DNA of 62,944 bases, the filler included, from Choristocarpus tenellus KU-1152 (Eukaryota; Protista; Phaeophyceae), in assembly GCA_964200185.2 (NCBI GenBank). It is 10 parts of 10 records of this genome, joined end to end, with 100 filler letters (N's around TTAATTAATTAA, not from the genome) between each part and the next. Parts side by side here need not be neighbours in the genome. Positions count along the whole stretch, not along the records: positions 9,684 to 24,832 come from CAXNAD020001046.1; positions 24,933 to 30,660 come from CAXNAD020009897.1; 8 more parts are not named here. One strand, given 5' to 3'. Shown one piece after another: positions 14,300-25,504 of the stretch. The notes under the pieces are model-generated. The model was not told the DNA's origin, searched no databases, and saw only the letters and a list, made by a program, of their open reading frames with translations. Numbering within the stretch: the stretch's first letter is position 1; every line of letters begins with the position of its first letter. The translations under genes were made by a program, and so were the position numbers.

Positions 14300-15787
14300 C
14301 CTCTCACTTCGCCTTTTTGGTATTGGGGAGTGGGAGATTTGGACATGTACCAAACTAATTACCGCTACAAGGTTGGACAGTCGGATAATTGAGATTAGGA
14401 ATGTTGAATTATTGTTATTAGAAAGGGTCAAGAGTTCTCGAATTTGGAGGAAATTCTTTCGAGGGTTCGAACCCCACCAATGTCATATTTGTTTTCGTGG
14501 AAATTTGATTTCTTCGAAGTAGCATCCTGCTCCTGTATCACGTATTACCCAAACACGGGCAAAGGAGTACTATACACCTGCCTATATTTCTGTTCAATCT
14601 TTCCCATTACCACAAAAATCTAAAACAATACTGAAGGTTGATTCAATGTTTTTATATTTTGATGTTATTACTGCTTCAACCTCGTACATGAGTTGAACTA
14701 TAGAAAATACGTGGGTACAAAAACCTCTGTTGTTGCAGAATAGGAATAAGTATGGAGTGAGAGTGAGGGGTTGAGGAGGATTGAAGTTGAAGGTTAGGTG
14801 TCGGAGGTTTGAATATATACAGATTTTGTGCTCTACTCGATTATTGAACATGAGTATCATACATGGTGGTAGATGTACTGGAAAATGATCGATTGGATTC
14901 TCGAGTTTACAGACCCAGTTTTACTTTTACTTGATAATAAACTTGGAAACAGGAAAATGTTCCTTTTCCAATTATTGGATTGTTCCATATGCCTACTGAT
15001 ACCTTACAACTGTTGACATAATATTGTCGGGACACAAAAAGCATCGTAAAAGGCAGAGAATACAACGAGCACAAGAACATACACATAAGGAGTCTGCAAT
15101 TGCTTTCAATAAGGATCTTCTACTAGAATACTTTGTGCTGGAAATTGCATTTTGTTGTCTCATAACAACCTTTCAAGTTGTCTGGAAACAACAAGTAACA
15201 TAGATGACACACATAACTGAAACTACTCTTATCCTGCGCTACAAAAGGATCTAGAAACAAAGGAAAGGTCCCAAGAATCTGCCGAGCCCAACCTCACTCG
15301 TCGGCCCCCGGTGTCTCTACTATAAGGGCATGGCACACCTTGAAGTCGTCACCTACGCTATGATGGACATAGTCTGCCGCAAGCTAGCTTTCACGTTTCC
15401 CTTCCAACTAAACTCCCCTTTCCCCCTTTCGCGCATGATATGAGTCATGCTTGTCCTGGAATTGCCTTGCCTGTGAACCAAGATGCACAAAGTTCTCTAC
15501 CGCAAAAGATGTTGAGGTTAAAACTACGAGGGCCACAGGTTCCTCGTAGTTGTTCCACTTCTGAGCCTTAGCTGGAGCAATGGTGACGCTGTTGTTCGGA
15601 GATACGTCCTGCATATAGCTGTCCACTTCGGCCTCTGCAAAGACAATATCCATGAGGAGACGCTTCTCCTGGTTGTGAGCAGTTGTAGTGTTGGACCATG
15701 CCCGAGCATGGAATACCATATAAATGGAGAAATTTCGGTCAAAGGTGAAGGGACTCCCATTCTCTGGGGTCCCGATCCTGCAAACAG

Positions 15788-16370
15788 GATTCTACCTGGG
15801 CGGCACTTGCACACGCAGATTCCAGATCCTCAGCGAGGGGGAGGTCATAACTGAGACGGAGTACTCAGAAAGTGCTGGGCAATACCTCGGGCTCGAGGAG
15901 TTCCCAGTGGACTTCAAGACCACTGAGGTCACTGTCCTTGCCACCCCCAGCTCGGACCCTGAGGAGTGGTTCAGCTTCACAGAGGTATGTGCAATAGATA
16001 GGAGCTGTGTGCAGACAGCAGGATGTTTGTTTTGTGCGCTTGCCTGGAAGTAGAGTACCGCAGCATGACAAGTCTTCTTCGTTATAATATTGCACATATC
16101 AGGATCGCATAGGTCGTTCTCAAAGCCAGTGCAAAACTCTGAACTTTACTCTTTCAGGCAACCGCACGCGGTGGGCAGCCCAACCGCTGTGCAGAAAAGC
16201 ACCCAAGAGTGCCAGGCACGAGTCTCTTACGCTAGCTATCCAATTCATTTACAACCCCCCTCACGGTTCTATATCACCAATCCATCTTGTTCATTCCAGG
16301 TCATCTTCCTCGCACTGGAGGGTGATGAGATTGGCGATACCAGCAACAGCGTGGTCGTTTCTTCCACGGG
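15788..16370 (+). pseudogene. Two orphan exons encoding part of a discoidin/F5/8 type C-like domain (gene fragment or incompletely resolved gene)
   Basis: cag|15788-15984|gtatgt encodes (G)FYLGGTCTRRFQIL...GLEEFPVDFKTTEVTVLATPSSDPEEWFSFTE. cag|16300 continues VIFLALEGDE. The FY-x-G...R-x-F...W-x-S-x-TEV pattern is typical of F5/8C beta-sandwich domains. No upstream or downstream exons found. Confidence 0.55.
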
Positions 16371-16371
16371 G

Positions 16372-16400
16372 TTAGGGTTAGGGTTAGGGTTAGGGTTAGG
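16372..16400 (+). repeat. Interstitial telomeric repeat (TTAGGG)4-TTAGG
   Basis: Direct reading. Confidence 0.9.
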
Positions 16401-17034
16401 CAAGGGATGCCTACCACCCGCAGGTGCCCAGTTGCCCTGCTGCCACACTTGTCCTCTAGCTCTAGGGCATGTATGCGCATGCAAAGCACTCACAAATTTT
16501 CTTCTGGATGCCGAAATGAAATGCCGCGAGAATATCGGAATTATTGTGCGGTCTATGTCACTCGACTATTCACCATGCAAATAATGGTATATTGACATCT
16601 CCCTTGCAGCTTAGTACAACCAACAAGTTGTATGTGTTGTATAAGAAGGAATGTTTATTGTATGAGGCCCCTACGTCTGATGAATCATGTTGATCTCTCT
16701 AAACTTTTTTTATTCTGCAACTTTTACACTTTTCTGCTCCAGATGGTGATGCCTGTCTGTCCTTCTGTACGTCTGTAGGTCATCAGTACTGGCTCTTGTT
16801 CTCGTGTTCGTGCCTTTATGTATGATCCTTTTCCGAGTACATGCACTATAGTAGTATGTTGTGTAACAGAAAAATGTTACCTCATGGATCAAGCTAGCCA
16901 TAACCAAATCCAGGTCATGGTCATTAGCAGCTCTCCCCCATATCTCGCCTCTACATGTAATATCACAACTCGTATGTGTTCACGTTTCAAGTACCCACCT
17001 CAATACTCGCGCGTGCTCGTGCAAATTGCACACA

Positions 17035-17212
17035 GGCTCAAAGTATCTGGGGGGGGGGTGGCGACTGTTCATTTGGAGTCGATTTTTTCATGTCGCGATT
17101 TTATGTAATTTGGTTGCATATGTCGAATGGATAATATAAATTCACTTTGCTGATTTTGGTCCAAATGGACACCCTGGTTTAGACCTCACCCCCCTCCCAG
17201 ATACTTTGGGTC
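17035..17212 (+). mobile_element. MITE family A, complete 178-bp copy
   Basis: TIRs ggctcaaagtatctggggg ... cctcccagatactttgggtc with subterminal catttgg/ccaaatgg, flanked by the 4-bp duplication caca/caca. Ends recur at 5541-5599, 33377-33395, 37745-37795, 59189-59227 and 62901-62944. Confidence 0.85.
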
Positions 17213-20200
17213 CACACCTCCCATGTGATGCAATCGCTCCCTCTTGCATCAACTCTAACCAACTCTGCACTATTACATTATAATTTTCTCAGTAGTGTAC
17301 CTATCTTTGGTCTCATTGGTCGGTTTGAAAAGAAAAAATAGTAGGTCTGCCTGCTGTCTCAAGTCTTGAGCGTTCTAATAATAATATCCTGCCAATCTAC
17401 CCCCAGGAAAATGTAATGCTCAACGCTAACGCTACCCTACAATGTTTGGCCATATTGGCAATGTTCATCGGTCAGTTGCACCATAACGTATGTTGTCCAT
17501 ACAATGGTGGAGGCCATGTGGTCTGCAAAATCTATTGTCTAGTGCCGGGGCTTGCACCTAGTGTACGTTGTCAGGGCAACACTTGATGTCGTGTAGTCTA
17601 AAATGCTGGCTGTCTATTAGATCCTTGAGCACATTTGCCCTATATCGTCTGTTATTCAGAGAACAAACCGATTGCAGCCATTTGCTTGACTAACATTCTT
17701 TCGCATAATAGTTTGATCTTCGCAAACCCATCGCCAGAGAGTGCAAAGTAGAGAAAGAGATGCATGGAAGAAATGTGTCAGAATATAGAAGAAAGGCAAA
17801 ATGGGGAGGGGGGAATGTTCGCAACACCTGTTAATAACGCCTAATGCCCAGCTAACTCTCAGCACAATTTCCTCTGTGCTGTGTATTGCCTTGCTTGGAC
17901 GATACACTAGGCTATTTGCTCTGTAGCAGGTGTTGTTTAGGACAACACTCAAGACCATTTGGTCTATAGCATCCGTGGTTGGCAAACAGTTCAGCCCAAT
18001 CACTACGTAACATGTGTTGTCAGGTAAAGGCTATATTGTACCTCTTGGCGTATAAAATCTATTGTCCAGAAAATGTTTTTGTCATGCAGCATAATCCTAT
18101 GATGTAAAAGTTGTGTAATACAAGCATTACGTTGTTCTGGGTGTGGACTGTTATCCTACAGCATTGCAATATAATATACTGGAGTACTTTGTAGTATATA
18201 TATTGTCTCGTAATTGTACAACAGGCGGAGTGCCCTAGCAAGATGCAAGGCGGCCACGTGGTGTAGAGCGTCACAGGGAAAGAGTTGAAGAGAGCAAAGG
18301 AAGAACAGCTGGGTCTCGATATCTTGTCACTTGCATGATGCTTGGTGCCATGTAACATATAAAAAAAAGGTACACACGCCACAGTTATTCTGATACTGAT
18401 ACCATCGACTCTTTCTGTCTCTCTCTTGAGTCCCAAGGCCACAATGATCACACCACACATACACAATTCTCACATATCTAGTCCTCTGTTGGGGGGTGAG
18501 TGGACAGGCTACTCCCCTGGAGCCATCAGTTCATTTTCTATTTTTGAAATTTTTTATTTTTGTTACTTGGGTCTGAGATCTAGAAGAAGAGTCTCTCTGG
18601 AGTCTCTCCTGGAGAAACCACCAATCCTATAGTAGGCGTAGAGTTTCTTCCCCTGTAGTGCATTTATATTTAATGTCTTTCCAGGTCTACATCCAATAAT
18701 TTTGTCGTGTGTAAAGGATACTATAAATGATAAGAGACCCCCCAGATAATTTCGTGAAGATACTACAAAATGCTACTTCAAAATGTGATACAAATACTTG
18801 TACCACTGAGGAAGTATGCACATATAAGATTATGGACAACTGGGATGATATCTTTAGATCTTGACTAAGGGAGCTATGAGGTAATTCACCGCTTTCTATG
18901 CAAGGCACACCAATGGATCAATGTGAGCAAGTTCGTTGACCTCTCTCTACAATTCTGTTCCCAGCACAAAATAATAATAACGTAATGGTGCTAATGGTGC
19001 GGAATGACATGTTCAGAAGCACATCGAAACCAAATATATAAACTATATACAACACTTTGGTTGTGAAGGATTTTTGGTGACTTAATTCTTGGAGACCTAT
19101 CTCCTTGTCCCTTTACTCGTAGTCTAAGATGTAGATTATATGAAATCACTCTCCAAATTCACGTGTATTTACAGCTTATTAGGCTTTGCTCTTACATACG
19201 CGTAAATGCGTCCAGAGGCACGAAGATCAGGCGTTTCCCTTGTGTACATTATTACCACCTAAACTTGGCTTGAATAAACCATAAGAAATAATTAAAAACG
19301 GGTTTAACAGACCGGAAAAATATCCAAAATGACTTCAACGTCCAGAATAGAACAAAACTTCCTGAATAGAACAAAAAACAGCAGGGATTTCTTCACTATA
19401 GGAGGCGCTTAAATTCTGTCTTACCTTTACACAAACCTGTCCAACGTCTTAAATGTGCATCTACTCATTTCACATATTAGAACACCGACTGCAACTTTCT
19501 GACACATACAATGAGGGCAATCGAAAGTTGTAGTAAAATCGATTTGGTTGTTGACCCTGGTTGGTACGCACCTCCTTCTATGATAGGAGAAATAAGATTT
19601 ATTCAACCCCATCAACCTGGAATACGTTACAGCTAACAACCCCTTCCGCACACTTGTTTCCCTTGCCAGCTTCTCAGGATAGATCTCAGGTTTTCTGAAC
19701 CCGAGACAGCCATTGTTGATGTCTCAGAGAGTCAGCAGTATACCAGCCGACGACCTCAGGTTTGTCGGACATGGAGATCTTTCTTAGAGACTGCACAATA
19801 ATGCCCTGCACAGAAGTACCACCCCTCCTCAAGAACTGGAGTCACTCCACACTCTTCCCATCCTTTCTTGTAGCACGTTTACTGATTACTTTTTGGTGTT
19901 TGTTTTGCACGAAACAAAGGATGTCAGATCCAAGTTAAGGTACTTAAGTGGGCACATTCACAATGCGATTCCCGCACATATTCGAAGTCACGCAAACTCC
20001 AGTTCGTATTGCGCAAAAATACCGAGCTTTTGACCTCTCCGTCAAAGTTGCACTTGCAACTGCTAGTGTGTGACAGTTTCACGTACCACTACGAACTGCA
20101 TGATGCACAAGTTTGTGCAAAATGTTCTGTGATGTGCTGAAGCATGCAACACATTGTCCACATTGCAATGCCTCTGACAAAACGATTCAGAAACATAATG

Positions 20201-21291
20201 TCATGAACCAGTTGGTTGTGCAAAACTAGATACACCTCATTTCTTGGTCGACATGATCACTGCATCTGCGGTTCAGCATTGCTTCATGCATCAATCCATG
20301 GCAGCATGCACTGTATAGGAACACATGACACTGTTACACAAGGTTGTAAACGCAACTTCATGAAACGGGTCAAAGTTCCGAAATATTGCACAAAAACAGT
20401 TAGAGTTTTCTTGTACTACATGCACATGGTAAATGTGCCCGTTAAATTGCCCTAACTTACACCTGATACCCGTCATTTCTCGTAAAAATTGTCCATGTTG
20501 ATCAATGTGATACAAAAACTAGTGGGAAAAATAGAGGGTAGAGCCGTTAAAAAGAGGGGTGGGGGTTCCCTCAGCGGGGATGGCTCCCACATGCACAGCA
20601 ATTTACGAATATCGAACGCCAGATCTTGTTCAAGCTCAAAAAGCAATTAAGAACTCAAGTAGTGAAGGCAAGACGGTAGCCAATCAATGGTGTGCTCACA
20701 CCTACGATATTTGCAGGTGCTGAACCAATATTTGTGTATTTTCCCCAAAGATGCGCTGGATTGTCCACGCCATAGATACAGCAATTTTTCAGAATATATT
20801 TATAACTGGTAGTTGCTGCAATAACAAGTCTATCTAGGGTATTTAGTAAACTGTACTACGTGCAGTAATATCATCAATATTACTCCTCACCAGCTGGAAC
20901 AAGAGTGAGTGCTCAACTCGAAGAGTTCTTTTGTTTCTAGACCAATATGTCTGAAAGACAATACAACAGTTGGATTGTTTTTGCAAAGGTAGAGTCACAC
21001 ACCAAGGATTCAACTAATACCATTAGCACTAACTAATTTTCATAGAAGTTCATTAATGGAGGACCTAAAACTCAAAACCCTCAAAATTGTTTGCAACAAG
21101 GTTGAGTGTATGCATTGCCTGCTGTGTATAAACTCGTACTCCAAAAGAAAATGCAAAAACTATATTACAACAATACTCGTAGCAGCTTTTGAATCAGCTA
21201 CGGGAGGAGTGGTCTGGGCTTCTACAGGTAGATCAGAGACCATATTGAAGTTTGATACTGCAGACTTTTGAGGTTCCTAGATTCCTTATGC

Positions 21292-22469
21292 CTACATTTC
21301 GAGTTCTGAGCTTGGGAACACCACAGACCCTTCTCCTGTACTCCATGTATCCTCATTCTCCTCCATTTGATATTTCTTCATGACATAAACAAAGTGTCCA
21401 AAGCACCCGCCCTCCCGCTGTACCTCAAAACTTTCCAAAGACCAGTCATATCGAGATTGTACTGGAGAATTTTCCCTGACCGCAGTACTGTTGTTATCAC
21501 AATCACACCCAAATCCTCTCTCTTCAATGATGGATTTGCTGGGGATGTCAACACCTTGAACCGCACATTCTCGTGCACGGCACGTTGCGTGCTCGCCTGA
21601 AATATATTTTTTTCGGAAGTGGGGTTGAGCAAACGATATCTGTAAAAAAACACCCCCGGGTCGCAGTACGCGGGCAACTTCCCGGCACATGCGGTCCGCC
21701 AGTTCGATGACCGATGCCTCTGGATGCCAAACATCACCTTCGTCGACCATGAGGGCATCCATGGCCGCCTTGTCTATGACTGCATCAACGCTTGCATCTT
21801 CAATACTGAGATCGAGCATGTCCATGCGCTCCCATCTCAGACCTGGTCGTTCGTGCTCGTGGCGTTGCCGCATCGCATTTATCACCACTTCTGAAAAATC
21901 TGTACTGAGCAATGACGTGTAGCCGTCATCGTACATGTCTGCACTGAGGTTGCTGTTTCCGCACCCAACAACCACGACACGCGCAGTCCGGGCAACTGTC
22001 CGCCTGATATGATCTCGAAGATCGACATAGGCCAAAAGCCAGTCATAGTGCTCCTCAGTCTCGAAGCGGTGGTCCCAGTACTCTCGATGCTTGTATACCT
22101 TGTTTGAGGTGGGGATGACATCTTCAAAGACAGGAGAAACCTTCCCATTACCAATGTTGCTCTTGCCTTCCTCGTTCGGCTCTCTGTCCTTAGCCTGCAA
22201 CGTTACAGGAACATATAATCCACGGCGTATTGAAAATTGATTAGTATGTTGATATGGGTGGGTCAAGCGATATTTACTAGAGGTGCTCCAGAAAACAAAG
22301 ATTATCGTCTGTTGTGTGGGAATCAACAATGCTGCACCTGTTGAAAATGGTCTTGGAGGGCAGCAAGGGTACCACCGATGAGCTGTGACTCTAAGGATAT
22401 CCAGTCTATCTCCTGTTGAGGTTGTCCATCACTACTGTCTGAACTGCTGATGGAGTCGCAGTCACTCAT
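21292..22469 (-). CDS. EEF1A lysine methyltransferase 4-like (METTL13/ECE2-type class I SAM methyltransferase), ~344 aa
   Basis: Exons 22469-22338 and 22194-21292 (phase 0, GT/AG). Motifs YWDHRF...YDW, VVVGCGNSNLSADMYDDGY, DFSEVVI, MDMLDL, VIDKAAMDAL and RVLRPGGVFLQISFAQPHFR. Confidence 0.9.
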
Positions 22470-22790
22470 CTACCTTGTTCAACCCAAAGTCAGATGTATT
22501 GGAGAGGCACCAAATAGCAACCACGAAAATTATTTCAAGTATTACCACCTTCACACTTCATAGAAGTCAATTATTATCCACACCTTTGTTATAACGATGA
22601 AATAGAGGAAAAAAAAATGCATCACTTCCCTAACCCTACGTTCTTTTCAAGGAGGATAGAGAAACCAGACCAATTCAAGAGAGAAAACCAAAGAGGTTGG
22701 GATTTGGTTGTGATACAGAAGCAGTGACCCAGATCTTAAGGATAGCCTACGTCACCTTTGCGTCCCCCTTTTATCTTGATAGATAGAGGC
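22470..22790. promoter_or_regulatory. Short divergent intergenic region (putative bidirectional promoter)
   Basis: 321 bp between ATG 22469 (-) and ATG 22791 (+). Confidence 0.5.
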
Positions 22791-24131
22791 ATGGCAGACG
22801 AGTCGGCAGGTACCTCCCCTCAGGAGGATCCCCGACCAGCGGGTGAGCCCATACCAGTAGTGGGTATAGATGCCATGGCGCCACCAAATACGAATGGACC
22901 GTCTCCTGTAGCAGTGACTTCTTCGACTTTGCCTGAGCCCACTATAGTCCAGGGTAATGATGGCTCTTCCATTACTCCTGCAGTCTCCAACACCACATCC
23001 GCTAAAGCCGAGCCGCTGGTTTCTAGCACCCCCGCAACCATGCCAGACCTTGCTTCGGGTCCAACTGGAGAGTCGATTATTACAGGAAACGATACCATTG
23101 GTAATGCCGAGACTGCAGTTGTGACCATGGCTGCGACTGGAGTTGAAAGTGTGTCTGTGGCAGTGGAGTCGAATGTGGGTGTGAAAGTGGAGACTGAACC
23201 CGAACCCATGGAGCTGGTTCAGGCTCCTGCATCTGAACCCACCGCACCTCTTGTATCGATAGCTGCTACAACTGCCGATGCTCCTTCAACGTCTGTTGCT
23301 GCAGCAGCCGTACCTGAACCTGCTACTACCACATCGGTTCCAGCTATCCTTCCACCAACGCAGGCCCCTTCGCCCATGTCCGTCTCGCTGCCAGTCTCAG
23401 CCTCCACCCCTGGCCAAGTGGCAGGCACCCCCGCAATAGATTCCATATCGGCTGCGGTGATGGCGCCCACACAAGTGTTGACATCGCCTCCACCCTCGAC
23501 CATGCCTTCCCAAACGCCTGCGGAAGTCGTTCAGGCTCAGGCTGTTCCCCCCTCTACTCCCGCTGTATCATCCGTTCAGGCCTCCTCCATACCATTGGTC
23601 ACTGTTGCATCTACCCAGGCTGTAGCTACAACTACTCCTGCCGTAGCTTACCCCAGCTTCCAAGCTGGCTTGACCCCTATGCATGCTGTGGCCACTCTTC
23701 CCCTGTCTCAAGGGGTGCCCACACTTTCACAGCCTGTAGCACCAGGAGTAGGTAGTGGGGCAGGGACTGTGGAACTGGCAGCAGTAACAGTGTCAGCAAT
23801 GGAAGGAGCAGTGGCCATTGCTGAAGGTACAAGGTCGAACGGGGCGTCTGCAGTGACTGTCTCAGCTGACATTGCTGCTCCCGAAAGAATGGAGGTTGAT
23901 TCGATGGAGAGGGATCCCACAGTGGGTACAGCCCCTGAAGGAGATATGCTGGATGCCACCCAAGCGATTGCTGTGGCACCCACTTCAACCTCATTGCCTT
24001 TGACTTTTTCTGTTCCTGATCCAGTTTCTGCTATTGCCCCTGCACCCACTGGCACAGCTGTGAATGCAGATGGCACAGCAGCTACTTTCACGGATACCCT
24101 GGTGCTGACTGGGACTGATGCAGATGTGCAG
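22791..24131 (+). CDS. First exon (447 codons) of a Pro/Thr/Ala/Ser/Val-rich low-complexity protein; remainder not in contig
   Basis: Long ORF MADESAGTSPQEDP... ending at a good donor CAG|gtcagt. No recognisable domain. Confidence 0.75.
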
Positions 24132-25504
24132 GTCAGTACCCCTCTTCTACCACCCTGATCCCTTGTCATCCCTACTAGTGATATCTTTGTTTTCCATTAT
24201 TCAGGTGTAATGCAGCAAATTCAAGTTGTTTCATGATTGCAGTTGGGTCTTTTTAATCATCATGAAATGTCTCGATGTCTTGGTCTTGTGGACCCCACAA
24301 CTACAGTAGATACATTTGTGGGCAATGCTGGCATGATATAGGGTTGGTGAGTTGAAGTTGGAAATCTTGTAGGGAGGAATGATCTGCAGGTATTTTGTGT
24401 GTCTGTGAATAAAGTCCAGGTTAGTTTCCAATTTCTAATGGGGTGATCGGCTATTCAAAATTGTTGTTAGAAGAGGTGGGTGCTTTCAGGATGAGATTAT
24501 TGTAGATAGCTTAAATACAGTTTTGCTTTTACTCTTCCTGTTGAAAAATTTGATCAAATGACTTACTACATTGTTTTTGGCGCCAACACAATGACCAATA
24601 AAACCTGGGAGACCATCCAATCCAAAAGACACCTGATGGATATGCTAGTTGGTAATATAACTTAGAAAAATTCATGTTTGCATTGTTTCATTTCCCTAGC
24701 GATGGCTCTAATAATTGAATACGAGGAAAACCTCTTTGTGTTGCATGAATTATTGATCAAATCCAGGAGGGGACTGAGTTGTGTCTATTTGCTCCCAAGT
24801 CAAAATACATTTTTTGGAGGGGGAGGGGGGAGNNNNNNNNNNNNNNNNNNNNNNNNNNNNNNNNNNNNNNNNNNNNTTAATTAATTAANNNNNNNNNNNN
24901 NNNNNNNNNNNNNNNNNNNNNNNNNNNNNNNNCTCAGTAAGCAAGCAGAAAGTTTTCTCGATGAGTTGGCTAAGTATTCGGTAGTAGGGGGGAGTGGGGG
25001 GGGGGGCTACAGTAGGAAAGGAGTTGTCAAATCCCTTTTACAAGAGGTAGTAGTGTCTGTCACAACACAACAAGTGGATCTATCTATCCAGACGGGTCAT
25101 GCGTTTCAACCTGGAGACACCAGGGAGATGGGCAAGGAGGGGGTCCTGTCAGGTTCTCCGGATGCTTCCCTAGCTAGGGCCTTGCCCTGTGGTGTAGGGG
25201 ACCAGTGTAGTATATATGTTGGTAGTCAAATCGTAAATAGGTTTTAGAAAGATATCTTTCACATTTACAACTGTCACTTTTAGAGTGGTTATTGTAAGGT
25301 TGAAATTAAGGGAATATACGGAAGGAACAGCTTCCATCAACTATTTGAGATCGTTCACTTGGCTTTTTGTTGTGGACAACTCCAAAACGTTTAGTTGTGT
25401 TATACAAGCGTTACGTTTTAGTGAAATTTGAAAAGTTGATTAAATGTTCACCATTTCAGTCAATAGTGTGGAGAAGGATTGAAGGGGGAACACCCAACCT
25501 GATC

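Noticed and set aside
22820-24169. Minus-strand ORFs overlapping the Pro/Thr-rich exon
   Set aside because: Antisense shadows of a low-complexity coding exon.
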